Shown piece by piece: positions 29,328-40,312 of a stretch of DNA of 64,000 nt. Positions within the stretch are counted from its first letter, which is position 1. Every line of letters begins with the position of its first letter. The notes beneath the pieces were generated by a model, which was not told the origin of the DNA, did no database searches, and worked only from the letters and a program-made list of their open reading frames with translations. The position numbers and the translations under genes are program-made. The stretch comes from Candidatus Poribacteria bacterium (GTDB lineage: Bacteria; Poribacteria; WGA-4E; WGA-3G): positions 192,001 through 256,000 of the forward strand of contig CBDBFU010000014.1 of the NCBI GenBank assembly GCA_965205025.1, given 5' to 3'.

Positions 29328-31430
29328 TTATTCTTCAATTACTTCATCATCTATTGCCGGTTCAATTACTTCGTCATCTATTATTGGTTCAATGGGTTGA
29401 ACTTCGACTTCAATTTCTGTGTCTCCAGTCACAATAAACCTATTTACGATGAATGGCAGACCAGTAATTGGTACTGGTAATGGTTCCTCAATTTCTTCCT
29501 GTAGTTCACCATCGTCAGGTAGTTCACCGTCTTCAGGTAGTTCACTGTCATCTGGCATTTCACCATCGTCAGGTAGTTCACCGTCTTCAGGTAGTTCACT
29601 GTCATCTGGCATTTCACCGTCCTCTGGGAGTTCACCATTATCAGGTAGTTCACTGTCTTCACCTATATCAGGTTCTGGTAGGTTCTCGAACAATGTGGTA
29701 AAGAATTGTTCAAAGAAATTTTCAAAAAGTTCTTCGATTTCTGGATCGAGCATTTCAGGTTCATCCTCTAATGCAGCAAGCGTTACAAGGACTAATCCTT
29801 TATCATACTGACCATCTTTGAGTTGATATATCAGTTGATCTAAACTCTCTGGAGATGGAGCATTCTGTATACCAAAAGGATTGAAACCGAAAGTTGTCGC
29901 AGAGGTGACGGCTAAACGAGCTGGACCAGGTATGAAGTTTTCAGGTATTTGGAGTTTAACTTCTCTATACATCTTCCGATTTCTACCAGCAGCACTCCAA
30001 TGTGGTAACATCTCAACGACAAAAGTTGCTTCTTCACCCTGTTTAATTTCACCAACAACATGAATATCAGTTATCTCTGTGTGTAGAATATATGGTATAT
30101 CTATGAGAGATATCTTGACTTCATCAATGGTTGCTCTTTCAGCACCATTATAGAGAATATTGGATAATGGTTGAATTATTGATTTCATATTTTCCAATAC
30201 AGCTTTAAACGGGTCTGGTGCGATTGTTCTGAATGATTCTGTATAGACAGTATCAGTTTCTTTAAAACTAATTGCGACATTGGCTTCAATTGTACCCGGA
30301 CTAACTTCCATTCGAATTGAATCCAGTGTTGTAGCAACTACAACTGGAATTGCCCATTCTTGACCATATGCTACCTCATGGTTTTTCTGAATAGGTACTT
30401 GACTGTTGACGGGTTTATAATACACAGTAACAGGAATCATATCAGGTAATTTACCAAGTTCACCTACAATACCAGGCCTAAGGTCTTTGGTAATTGTACC
30501 TATTGGATTCCCATAAGCAGAAGCAGATTTATATGCAATTTCTGTATTCGGAACTATTCCATCAACTACAGCTCTGTATACAGGGAGTGACACCTTGCCA
30601 GCACGAAACATGTCATGACCAAAGGCAACAAAATTCCCATCATAAACCTGAGTGACAGTTCCAAAACCTATACTGTTTACAACATCACCGGTTGCGATTG
30701 CAACACCAATCATGTCACCCGCAGAAAGTTGTAATGTCGCATTTGCTGGTGGGGCAACAGGAGCACCGCCTATCCTTGAGAAAAATTGCACAGAATCAAA
30801 ATGTGTACCGCTAAGATGATCCGAAAGTTGTTGTAACCTGTTGTTGTCAACACCAGAGATTGTAACTGGAGTCTTCACTTTGGTAAAGGTCGCTTTTATT
30901 CCACCGCCTGGAGCAGCAGGTGGATTCAAAATATCACCAAAGGTTGTATGGTTAATGGTCGCTTCCATAGCTTCAATTGGTGTAACCAAAAATCTATATG
31001 GAGCTTTAGCCCAGGCGTCCCCATAAGCAAGAGCACCGAACACTCTTCCTGGAGGTCCAACTGGACTACCCGACATACCTTGTGCAACTCCTCCCATTGC
31101 TGTCACTGCTTCGTCGGTAAGAACACATTCATAGAGTGGAAATCCAAATCCAGAAGGTTGAATTCTACGAAATTCAGCTTCAAAAGCTACTTTACTCGTT
31201 CCTTCAATGGCAGTAATTACTTCTATACGGGTCTTAGTTGCAAGTTTACTGACTTCAGCTTCATACATCGGTTCAAGCACTACTTCTCCAACCAAAGGTG
31301 CTCCATTAAATACATTTGATACATCAGCAATAGTTGGATTTTGAACTTCAGGTTGTTCTTCATCCTGAGAACAACCGAATTGTATTATAATTGCTAATGT
31401 AATAAAAGCTATAACAAAATATCGTTTCAT
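29328..31430 (-). CDS. SpoIVB/peptidase S55-domain lipoprotein with acidic repeat tail
   Basis: Lipobox QFGC, GVAQGMSGSPV, GALAYG, AFGH; C-terminal (ELPEDG)n repeats. Confidence 0.85.
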   Translation of the reverse strand: MKRYFVIAFITLAIIIQFGCSQDEEQPEVQNPTIADVSNVFNGAPLVGEVVLEPMYEAEVSKLATKTRIEVITAIEGTSKVAFEAEFRRIQPSGFGFPLYECVLTDEAVTAMGGVAQGMSGSPVGPPGRVFGALAYGDAWAKAPYRFLVTPIEAMEATINHTTFGDILNPPAAPGGGIKATFTKVKTPVTISGVDNNRLQQLSDHLSGTHFDSVQFFSRIGGAPVAPPANATLQLSAGDMIGVAIATGDVVNSIGFGTVTQVYDGNFVAFGHDMFRAGKVSLPVYRAVVDGIVPNTEIAYKSASAYGNPIGTITKDLRPGIVGELGKLPDMIPVTVYYKPVNSQVPIQKNHEVAYGQEWAIPVVVATTLDSIRMEVSPGTIEANVAISFKETDTVYTESFRTIAPDPFKAVLENMKSIIQPLSNILYNGAERATIDEVKISLIDIPYILHTEITDIHVVGEIKQGEEATFVVEMLPHWSAAGRNRKMYREVKLQIPENFIPGPARLAVTSATTFGFNPFGIQNAPSPESLDQLIYQLKDGQYDKGLVLVTLAALEDEPEMLDPEIEELFENFFEQFFTTLFENLPEPDIGEDSELPDNGELPEDGEMPDDSELPEDGELPDDGEMPDDSELPEDGELPDDGELQEEIEEPLPVPITGLPFIVNRFIVTGDTEIEVEVQPIEPIIDDEVIEPAIDDEVIEE
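29497..29660 (-). repeat. Coding tandem repeat (18-bp units within a 54-bp higher-order repeat)
   Basis: Encodes ELPDNG ELPEDG EMPDDS ELPEDG ELPDDG EMPDDS ELPEDG ELPDDG. Confidence 0.85.
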
Positions 31431-31783
31431 TACTTTCCCCTAATTAAAGTATATGAATAATTGAAATGAATTTCTTAATTAATTCATTATTTCTTTAAAA
31501 GTATTGAATTCAATAGTTGACTTTTAATTTGACAGACATAATTCATCAAAAAATATAAAATCTTATTAATGAACCTTAATCCGATTCATAGATTAAGAAT
31601 GGATTTTAAACGATATTATATATCTATGAGATATCTTGTTATGTCAAATTAAAGTATTGTTTAAAAACATTACTCTGTAGATATTTCAAGAAATAATCTA
31701 CAATAACTTAACCTAATTGATGGATACAAAATATTAATCTAATCAAAATATTAGATAGAATCCATGGTTGAATGCCTATAAAC

Positions 31784-32548
31784 CTACCAAGCAACCCAAC
31801 CCCCATCAACAGCTATTGTCTGCCCTGTGACCCAATTGGCGGCATCTGATGCTAAGAACAGAACTGCACCGACAACTTCGTCTACTTCTCCAACCCTCCC
31901 CATTGGAATACGACGGACAACATCTTCGTAAAATTCTTTTCTTTGTAATAAGACATTTGCAAGGGGGGTACGTGTGAACGCGGGGGCAACTGCATTGACT
32001 GTTACATTATGTGGTGCCCATTCCACGGCAAGTCCTTTCGTTAATAATACCACACCACCTTTACTACCAGAATAAGCTGTACGTAAAGGACCTCCCACTA
32101 AACCCATAGTTGATGAGATATTTATTATTTTTCCACTTTCGCGTTCTATCATTGGTTTAACAAGAGTTTGTGTCAGGAAGAATAGACCTTTCATATTCAG
32201 ATCATAGATTGCATCCCAATCTTCTTCTGTTAGTTCTAATGCTGGTTTTGGACGGTTGGTACCAGCATTATTGACAAGTACATCAACTCTTCCCCAGATA
32301 TTGATTGCAGCATGTGCACCATCAGATATAGATTTTAGATCACTTACATCAAATACAACTGATTCTGCTTCTCCACCATTATCTTTTATCTCTGCAGCAA
32401 CTTCGTCAAGATCAGATTGTGTCCTACTGTTTAAGATCACTTTCGCACCCATTTGTGATGCTGCTAATGCTATTCCTTTACCTATTCCTTTACCAGAACC
32501 GGTAATCAGGATGACTTTATCTGTCAATTCAAATCCTGGAAATGCCAT
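31784..32548 (-). CDS. SDR family oxidoreductase
   Basis: TGSGKGIG, NNAG, YSGSK, VDGG. Confidence 0.93.
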   Translation of the reverse strand: MAFPGFELTDKVILITGSGKGIGKGIALAASQMGAKVILNSRTQSDLDEVAAEIKDNGGEAESVVFDVSDLKSISDGAHAAINIWGRVDVLVNNAGTNRPKPALELTEEDWDAIYDLNMKGLFFLTQTLVKPMIERESGKIINISSTMGLVGGPLRTAYSGSKGGVVLLTKGLAVEWAPHNVTVNAVAPAFTRTPLANVLLQRKEFYEDVVRRIPMGRVGEVDEVVGAVLFLASDAANWVTGQTIAVDGGWVAW

Positions 32549-32749
32549 ACATTACTCTCCTATAAATGTAGATCCTTTTCTATAACTTTATATTCTAATT
32601 TTGAAAGAATTATAATTCACGCGAGTTCAATGAAAGAGAAATGAGAAATTCAATTTCTGAACTCCTGCTATCACTGTGGACCGTGTTTAAATTATCTATC
32701 CTCAACTTACTTAATACTTTGTGGATATAAAATGAAGATTGCAGTTCCT

Positions 32750-33586
32750 CTAAGTTATTGCTAATTTTAGAGTGTTTTCTAATAACATTGCCCTAGTTAA
32801 TGGTCCTACACCACCCGGTACAGGAGTAATAAACCCTGCAACTTTTTGTACTTCATCAAATTTTACATCTCCTACAAGACGATCACTAATACTGTTAATA
32901 CCTACATCAATGACAGTAGCATTTGGTTTTACCATATCTGCGGTGATAAATTCTGGCTTACCCACAGCGGCTATAAGGATATCTGCCTGTTTGGTTATCT
33001 CTGCTAAATTCATTGTCCGTGAATGGCAATAAGTCACCGTCGCATTCCTATTTAGTAGCATAATACCTATTGGTTTACCAACGAGATGACTTCTCCCTAC
33101 ACAAACTGCTTTTTTACCTTCAATCGGTAGACCCGTTAACTCAATTAATCTAATAATACCTGTTGGAGTACAAGGAGTCACACCTTCACGATTAATAAAT
33201 AGTTTGCCTAAATTAAGCGGGTTTAAGCCATCTGCGTCTTTTTCAGGAGGGATAGAATCAATAACAGTTTGCTCATCAATCTGTTCGGGTAGTGGCATTT
33301 GCACTAATAGTCCGTGTATGTTTTTTCGAGTACTTAAATCGGTTACTACCGTGATGAGTTCTTGTTGGGTAGTATTGGCTGGGAGATTGAGAACTTCAGA
33401 ATGGAAATTAACCTTATCACAATCGCGTTGTTTGTGTTTTATGTAGATCGTTGAAGCTGGATCCTCTCCAACTTGGATAACAGCGAGACCGGGAATTATG
33501 TTTAGTTTTTTAAGTTTCTTACGTATTTGGCTGCGGATACTTTGAGCAAGACGAGTGCCATTTAATATTTCGGCTGACAATACCAT
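32750..33586 (-). CDS. folD: Methylenetetrahydrofolate dehydrogenase/cyclohydrolase
   Basis: PEKDADG, PCTPTG, GRSHLVGKP, TPVPGGVGPLT. Confidence 0.97.
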   Translation of the reverse strand: MVLSAEILNGTRLAQSIRSQIRKKLKKLNIIPGLAVIQVGEDPASTIYIKHKQRDCDKVNFHSEVLNLPANTTQQELITVVTDLSTRKNIHGLLVQMPLPEQIDEQTVIDSIPPEKDADGLNPLNLGKLFINREGVTPCTPTGIIRLIELTGLPIEGKKAVCVGRSHLVGKPIGIMLLNRNATVTYCHSRTMNLAEITKQADILIAAVGKPEFITADMVKPNATVIDVGINSISDRLVGDVKFDEVQKVAGFITPVPGGVGPLTRAMLLENTLKLAIT

Positions 33587-33777
33587 TCCTCCGATGCACC
33601 TGTGAATATGTAAATGTCTTTAAAAAGTGATTAATCACAACCCCTTTTAGTTCTTTACATTATACCAAATCAGTTTCGATTTGTCTATATATTGCTATTG
33701 ATTTTAGCTATTGTCAACTTTGCCGGTCTCTCGATAGATCCTAATGTGTGAAATAATCAGATTTTGACATCCTCATA

Positions 33778-35754
33778 CTATTCAGAAGTGAGTCGTTTGA
33801 TTCTGTCCTGTAGGAATTGGATTACTTGTTCAGCACTATGAATACCAAATGTTGATGCTTCGTCTAAGACTATCTGTATTAGAACATGATTATCTTCCAA
33901 TGCTTTCTCAGCTTTACGGAAATACTCTATAGCTTTCTCTATATCGTTGCTGTCCTGATACATGACTCCTAAGTAAATGTTTGCAGCAGCGAATCTGGGT
34001 GAATTGGGACGGTTTTTGATAAACCCTTCAAATGCATACCGAGCATCAGCGTAACGTTGGTCTTCATAATGTACTCTACCTATACGAAATTGTGCTCTAT
34101 CAGCAAAACTATCATTATATCCACCAGGAAGATACAATTCACGCTCTGGATAACCGATAGTCGTTTGATAGGCACGTAATGCTTCTTCATAACGTTGTAA
34201 TCTTCGATAAATCTCCCCAACTTGATAGGTAGACATCATTGCCTGCAGTGTATTCTTATGTTGTTCTATCACAGTATTAAAAGTCTGAAGAGCTGTATTT
34301 GGTTTTTCAAGAACATCCGAATATATAACACCAATCCTGTAATATGCCTCAGCTGCATAAGTTGATTTTGGATTGTATTCAATTACCTTTCTATACCCAT
34401 CTAATGCTTGCGAATAATCCAACAACTCACGTTCATAAATCGTTGCAATTTGAAGCTGAGTTCTACTTTTTTCACCTATGTTTCGATTACTATCTGCAAT
34501 ATGTTCATTAAGCTTCTGTATAGTTGCCAGATGTTCATAGGATCGGAGTAACGAAGCAGCCTGTTTTGCATATTGGGTATCACGTTCATTGACAATTAAA
34601 TCTCGTATAAGCGTTAATGCTTGATCATACTGACCATTATCCCCATATCTATTGAGTCTATCGAATTTTTGTGAGGGGATCAGTTCTGTCAATGTATTTA
34701 TCTTCTCTTGTAATAATTCATCCACTTCAGCAATACTTTTATCGTACATGGCTACCTGTCCAAGATACATTGGATCAAGTGTAGGTAGGTATACGTGATG
34801 AAATATTTTATATGCATTTAATGCATTAGAATACTCTTGTAGTTCTTCATAACAAATACCTAATGAATAAAAGACTGCATGCATATTCCAGAAGTTCGGG
34901 TAATTGTCTACGATTGAATTGTATACTATTAATGCTTGTTTAAATTGTTTAGCATCTCTATGTAGATTCCCAATATGAAATAGACCTTCGGCAGCAAAAT
35001 TACTTGTAGGATAATTCTGTGCGACTTTATGGTATTCAGAAATTGCCTGAGATAACTGATGTAAAGTTGTATGTCTTATATGAGCAATACGCCATTGAGC
35101 TTCAGCAGCTAATTTATCGTTTGGATGTTTTTCAAGTAATTCTTGATATGTTTCAATAGCTTTTTCAGGTTGATTCAGTTGTGATTGTGTCCGATAAAGT
35201 TCTGCGATTTGAAAGAGAGCTACTACATGTATTGGTGTACCTTTATATGTACGTAAAATCTCTCTTTGTATCATAAGATCTTTTAATGCCATGCGTATAT
35301 CTCGGATTCGTTGTTGTCCGAGTTGATGAACAAACTGTGTACTTGGAACCATATCAATCAGTGTACGAAAACTTGAAATAGCAAAATCATACTTACCCAT
35401 CCGACTATATACATCACCTATCTTTATATATGCAAGAAGAATCTCAGCGGTTGGTAAACCATCTGCTTCCATTTCAAGAATTGCTTTATATACATTAATA
35501 GCCTTAGGATATTGTTGTGTATAATTATAGTACAACTCTCCAAGTTGGTTGTAATATTGACTTCGTAATTCAACATTATTTGATTTCTCAACAAGTGTTT
35601 CTAACATTCTGATAGCATCTGTATACCTCTGCTGCTGAATTAAATCCTTCACTTCCTCATTTTGGGCATTTGTTGGAGTTACAATGGAAATTTGCAGCAC
35701 AAGAATACTGATTACATAAAAAAAATAGTTTGATATACTATTTATCTTTTTCAC
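33778..35754 (-). CDS. Secreted TPR-repeat protein
   Basis: Signal peptide; repeated YP.S..A.EA....G TPR units. Confidence 0.87.
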   Translation of the reverse strand: MKKINSISNYFFYVISILVLQISIVTPTNAQNEEVKDLIQQQRYTDAIRMLETLVEKSNNVELRSQYYNQLGELYYNYTQQYPKAINVYKAILEMEADGLPTAEILLAYIKIGDVYSRMGKYDFAISSFRTLIDMVPSTQFVHQLGQQRIRDIRMALKDLMIQREILRTYKGTPIHVVALFQIAELYRTQSQLNQPEKAIETYQELLEKHPNDKLAAEAQWRIAHIRHTTLHQLSQAISEYHKVAQNYPTSNFAAEGLFHIGNLHRDAKQFKQALIVYNSIVDNYPNFWNMHAVFYSLGICYEELQEYSNALNAYKIFHHVYLPTLDPMYLGQVAMYDKSIAEVDELLQEKINTLTELIPSQKFDRLNRYGDNGQYDQALTLIRDLIVNERDTQYAKQAASLLRSYEHLATIQKLNEHIADSNRNIGEKSRTQLQIATIYERELLDYSQALDGYRKVIEYNPKSTYAAEAYYRIGVIYSDVLEKPNTALQTFNTVIEQHKNTLQAMMSTYQVGEIYRRLQRYEEALRAYQTTIGYPERELYLPGGYNDSFADRAQFRIGRVHYEDQRYADARYAFEGFIKNRPNSPRFAAANIYLGVMYQDSNDIEKAIEYFRKAEKALEDNHVLIQIVLDEASTFGIHSAEQVIQFLQDRIKRLTSE

Positions 35755-35761
35755 AATAATA

Positions 35762-35803
35762 CCTTGTTTCAGATGCCTTGTTTCAGATGCCTTGTTTCAG
35801 ATG
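35762..35803. repeat. 14-bp perfect tandem repeat x3
   Basis: (ccttgtttcagatg)3 between the anti-sigma and TPR genes. Confidence 0.95.
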
Positions 35804-35823
35804 ATTGTGTAGGATGGTATCAA

Positions 35824-36441
35824 TCAGAGTTCAGAATTAACACTCTTGAGATGTTGATGTGCAACAATTGCCCAATCAGTGCCTTGTGCTTGATCTTTAA
35901 CTCGATTCAGTTGACTAACTCTATCCCATTTATCGGAATTTCGTAGGTGTCGATTGCGGAGTACATCTTCCATATTGCGTTGTATCTCCTGATGCCTATA
36001 CTCTTGTATCTTCAGATGTGCAGAATCAGTTACATTCTCTTCATAGGTTGACACATATTGAAAGGGATCAGTTAAAAGAAATGTAATTCCAATCACAGCA
36101 ACAATAAACAGAGAAAATACTGCTGCTTTTTGTTGATATATCAGAGTTAGTAGATTCGATACTCGTGCTGCTAAGTTTGAATGTTTTGTAGGTATAACTG
36201 TATTCTCAGCAGCGATGCGTTTGTAGAGTTTTGTCTGAAGGTTTTTTGGCATGCTAAGATTATGAGCGTAAACACCTTCAGCGTCATCAACAAGTTGAAG
36301 CACACGTTTATAGGAATTGACCATTCTTGTGCATTTATTACAAGTCATTAAATGTACCTTATAATTATCCATTTTAGATGGATCAAATTCACCAAATACA
36401 TAGTCAATAGCATGCGCCTCAGACATATTACATTTGGGCAT
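35824..36441 (-). CDS. Zinc-binding anti-sigma factor with TM helix
   Basis: HLMTCNKC (HxxxCxxC) motif, central TM helix, directly downstream of an ECF sigma. Confidence 0.85.
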   Translation of the reverse strand: MPKCNMSEAHAIDYVFGEFDPSKMDNYKVHLMTCNKCTRMVNSYKRVLQLVDDAEGVYAHNLSMPKNLQTKLYKRIAAENTVIPTKHSNLAARVSNLLTLIYQQKAAVFSLFIVAVIGITFLLTDPFQYVSTYEENVTDSAHLKIQEYRHQEIQRNMEDVLRNRHLRNSDKWDRVSQLNRVKDQAQGTDWAIVAHQHLKSVNSEL

Positions 36442-36452
36442 ATAATTACCTC

Positions 36453-37046
36453 CTATATTTCATTGTTTTCCATTAATGGTCTTAATAGAGTCTGTAATTT
36501 CTTCATTGCACGGTGTAAATGAATTTTAACTGTTCCTTCCGCCATACCTAAAGTTTCTGCTACTTCTCTAATTGGTAAACCTTCATATCGAGTTAGCATA
36601 AATACTTCTTTTTGCTTTGATGAGAGTTCGTCCACAGCTTCACGAATAATACGTCCACGTTCAATATCTTCAACTTGTTTTTCGGGATTACTTGATAAAT
36701 CTGTTGCTACGAGTTTTGTTTCTAATACCTCTTCATCTTCCAACACATAGACTGGATGTCGAGACTTAGACCTATGATAATCAATTGAAAGATTTGATGC
36801 AATGGTATATAACCAAGTTGAGAATTTTGCTTTCGGTTCCCATGAAGATAAAGCACGATAAGCTTTAAAAAAGACTTCAAGTGTTAGTTCTTCGGCATCT
36901 TCATAATTTCTTACTGATCGTAGGAGATAACCAAAGATTTTACGTTCATAACGTTTCATCAATTCATCAAATGCTCTTTGGCTTCCTGATTGGAATTGTT
37001 TAACGAGTATTTCATCATCTATTAATTTGTCCATATTATGTGCCAA
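36453..37046 (-). CDS. ECF RNA polymerase sigma factor
   Basis: DAEELTLEVF, KFSTWLYTIASN, EVAETLGMAEGTVKIHLHRA. Confidence 0.95.
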   Translation of the reverse strand: MAHNMDKLIDDEILVKQFQSGSQRAFDELMKRYERKIFGYLLRSVRNYEDAEELTLEVFFKAYRALSSWEPKAKFSTWLYTIASNLSIDYHRSKSRHPVYVLEDEEVLETKLVATDLSSNPEKQVEDIERGRIIREAVDELSSKQKEVFMLTRYEGLPIREVAETLGMAEGTVKIHLHRAMKKLQTLLRPLMENNEI

Positions 37047-37267
37047 TCTTTCGTTTTGATTCCATCATCATATTCATTTAACGGATAAGGGAATAATTAA
37101 GTTTACAGTATTTCCTTTTCATAAAGTAATTCTAAATTGGCAATTTGTGCTTCGATTTCAAGTATGGGTATAAATACATTAAAAACTGAAACATAATTAA
37201 TTGTGTGGAAATATATTTGTAGTTTGGATAAAATAAAATTAGATGATTTTATTCGGAGGTATTAAGG

Positions 37268-38298
37268 TGGCAACTACACATAAAAATCCTCAAGGATCAC
37301 CGTTAGTAATTCCTGCATCGGAAACCGCAGAAAATATGGTGAAAGTAGCAGTGGATTTTTTGGATGGATTACCAACAGAATTACGAGAGAAAGCATCTGA
37401 ACCGTTTGACGGTAATGAAAGATTCCGTTGGCATTACATTCCTATTGAAATGTGGGAACGTCAAGGTGTATCATTACAGGAGTTGGATAGTAAACAAAAG
37501 GAATTAGCTTTTGCACTTATGGAAAGCGGTTTGAGTGCAAAAGGATATGAAAAAGCTCAAGCAATTATTAATTTAGAAACAACACTTGGTGAGATAGAAA
37601 AAGCGTCAGGAGATGGGAAACTTGAACGAAATCCTGAATACTATTTTTTTACAATCTTTGGTGATCCAACTGGAAATGGGGCATGGGGATGGCGTACAGA
37701 AGGACACCATATTTCATTGAATTTTACAATTGTCAATCGAGAGCTTATTTCACCGAATCCTTTTTTCTTTGGGTCTAATCCTGCAGAAGTTCTACAAGGT
37801 GATAAAAAAGGACTACGAGTTCTCTTAGCTGAAGAAGATCTCGCACGTCAACTTCTCACAAGTTTTACACCGTACCAAAAGACTAATGCAGTTATAGATA
37901 CGGAGGCACCATCAGATATACTCACAAGGAATGCTCCGAAAGTAGAGTTTGATGCTGTAGAGGGATTAGCTGTAGAAACAATGGAAACACATCAACGGGA
38001 ACTGTTGATGCAGCTTCTTAATGAGTATATTGATAGGCTTCCTGATGAGATGGCTGAGATTGAACGACGAAAATTACGTGAAGGGAGTTTCAACGATATT
38101 CACTTTGCATGGGCTGGTGGAGAGGAAAGAAGAATGCCACATTATTATCGATTACATAGTCCATTCTTCTTCGTGGAATATGATAACACACAGAATGATG
38201 CCAATCATATCCACTCAGTATGGCGTCATATTGAAGATGATTTTGGTGGGGATTTGCTTCGATTACACTACCATAAATCTAAACATCATAGTCATTAG
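37268..38298 (+). CDS. DUF3500 domain protein
   Basis: YFFTIFGDP, WGWRTEGHHISLNF, VEYDNTQNDANHIHSVWR, DFGGDLL; probable GTG start after GGAGG. Confidence 0.85.
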
Positions 38299-38308
38299 TA
38301 TTGACAAA

Positions 38309-38345
38309 AAACAAAAAAGCCACCAAAAAGGTGGCTTTTTTGTTT
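38309..38345. terminator. Bidirectional intrinsic terminator
   Basis: aaacaaaaaagccacc-aaaaa-ggtggcttttttgttt. Confidence 0.85.
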
Positions 38346-38368
38346 GTCATCTATATTCTATACAAAGA

Positions 38369-39211
38369 TTATTTAACGGATTTAATTGTACTCCAGGTAG
38401 TGGCTAATTTACCTGCGGGTTCAACTGGGGTAGGAGTGTTTGAGCTAAGCACAACGAGTCCAGTCTTTTCAGGATTTTTCCCATAGACAACAGCATGGGG
38501 GTACCAACCATCCCATCCCTTTTGTCCAGTTTGTCCGCCACCCTTATCACCATCATTAACACAAATACCTAATCCAATTTCAAGTCCTGCAGTAAGTGAA
38601 ATTGAAAGTCCAAAATTTGCAGGTGTGAATTTGAACTCATAATATGTCTTCTTAGCGCCTTCATCTCTGACAATAGCAACATCATCTGCTTCGAGTCCAG
38701 GAGCACCATTGGTTCTTTCATTCTGTAGAAGGATATCTCCGTTATCATGTAGTCCAACGTTATAAAGAAAGAATGGTTGTCCACCAGCACGATTCCCACT
38801 CGGAACAACAGATAGTTGAGCACCATCACCATTCCAAGCAGCACCCGCAGCATGTTCATGTTCGTCATCTGTGACGCTTAGTGCCAGATATACTGCATCC
38901 GGATTCCAAGCAATCATGAAACATGTTGTATGATCATCAGCATCATTCCAAACACCTGTTTGGTATGTTTCAAATGTCTTTATGACACCACCGTTAGCTT
39001 CGAATTCAAGACCACAAAACGGAGAACCATCGGTACCAGTGACAGCGTCCATGACACCATCCCATTCATCAAGTTTACCGTCAATGGTCACATCTAATCC
39101 AGTAACAGCATTGTATACATCATGAGTTTCACTACGCCATTGCGCATCTGCTATGTTTAATGTAAACAGGACTACGAAAATAGTAGTCATAATAAAAACG
39201 TATTTTTTCAT
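38369..39211 (-). CDS. Secreted CBM9/DOMON-like sugar-binding protein with KLATTW tail
   Basis: Signal peptide, IDGKLDEW, YLALSVTDD, WNGDG, YEF, VNDGD; ends VEPAGKLATTWSTIKSVK. Confidence 0.78.
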   Translation of the reverse strand: MKKYVFIMTTIFVVLFTLNIADAQWRSETHDVYNAVTGLDVTIDGKLDEWDGVMDAVTGTDGSPFCGLEFEANGGVIKTFETYQTGVWNDADDHTTCFMIAWNPDAVYLALSVTDDEHEHAAGAAWNGDGAQLSVVPSGNRAGGQPFFLYNVGLHDNGDILLQNERTNGAPGLEADDVAIVRDEGAKKTYYEFKFTPANFGLSISLTAGLEIGLGICVNDGDKGGGQTGQKGWDGWYPHAVVYGKNPEKTGLVVLSSNTPTPVEPAGKLATTWSTIKSVK

Positions 39212-39377
39212 AAAAGATTTCCTCAATACAGAATTGACCTTAGGTCGTTATTTTGGTTAGTAGATTTGAAATTACATTATTAATATTCATTATGATATTT
39301 CTTCTTATGAAAGAATATCATCGTTTATTTATAGTAAATAAGTATTAGGCTTACTAATACTTATTTCAGACTAATAC

Positions 39378-40205
39378 TTATTTCAGGGATTTTATATTAC
39401 CCCATGTGGTTGTTATTTTATTTATAGGATCAACGGCGAGGGTTTCATCTGTGAGAATTACCAAACCAGTTTTATCTGGATTTTTCCCATGGACAATAGA
39501 ATGTGGATACCAACCTGACCAACCTTTTTGCCCACCTTGTCCAGCTGCTTTATCTCCATCGTTAACACATATTCCAAGTCCAAATTGTAACCCTTCTTTA
39601 AATGGATCTTTATACCCTAAATTATCTGGTGAAATTCTAAATTCATAGTATGTCTTCTTTTTTACTTCATCACGTACAATTACAACATCTTCACCTCCAA
39701 CAAGACCGGGATTCCCACGGGTTGTTTCATTTTGGAGTAATAGGTTTTTGGCATCATCAGACAATCCAGCATTATAGAGTATATCGGTTCTGGCAGGTTG
39801 ACGTTTCCCAGTAGGTTCAAAAGCGAGTTGTGCACCATCACCATTCCATGCTGCTCCTGCTGCATGTTCATGTTCATCATCGGTGACATCCAAAGCAAGA
39901 TAGACATACTCTGGGGTCCAAAGAATCATAAAACATGTTTCATGGTCGTCCGGACCTTTCCAATTTCCACCACCGTGTGCTTCAAAAACACCTTGTTCAT
40001 TTTTAATGCCGCAGAAAGGTTTTCCATCAGTTCCTTTAACTGCATCTAAAACACCATCCCAATCATCAAGATTTCCATCTATTTTTATGTCGGTGTCTGC
40101 TTGAAGAGCATTATATTTGTCATGTGTTGCATGCCGCCATTGAGCATTTACTGATACACTTGTTATGAAAAATAATAGAATTATTATGTATGTAGACTTT
40201 CTCAT
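39378..40205 (-). CDS. Secreted CBM9/DOMON-like sugar-binding protein (tandem paralog) with KITTTW tail
   Basis: Same motifs as the neighbour; ends VDPINKITTTWGNIKSLK. Confidence 0.78.
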   Translation of the reverse strand: MRKSTYIIILLFFITSVSVNAQWRHATHDKYNALQADTDIKIDGNLDDWDGVLDAVKGTDGKPFCGIKNEQGVFEAHGGGNWKGPDDHETCFMILWTPEYVYLALDVTDDEHEHAAGAAWNGDGAQLAFEPTGKRQPARTDILYNAGLSDDAKNLLLQNETTRGNPGLVGGEDVVIVRDEVKKKTYYEFRISPDNLGYKDPFKEGLQFGLGICVNDGDKAAGQGGQKGWSGWYPHSIVHGKNPDKTGLVILTDETLAVDPINKITTTWGNIKSLK

Positions 40206-40312
40206 TTCTTTATCTCCTATTTCAGATATATCTTTAAATATATATAAGTATAACCTAAACAAAACCTAATAATTAAACGATTTTAACAGTGATTTATTTA
40301 TTGAAAGTACTG

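Noticed and set aside
29419-29811. Ser-rich and other alternate-frame ORFs
   Set aside because: Antisense or shifted readings of the acidic coding repeat.
38369-40205. Diversity-generating retroelement TR/VR pair
   Set aside because: The similarity is ordinary paralogy with changes at all bases, and there is no reverse transcriptase in the window.
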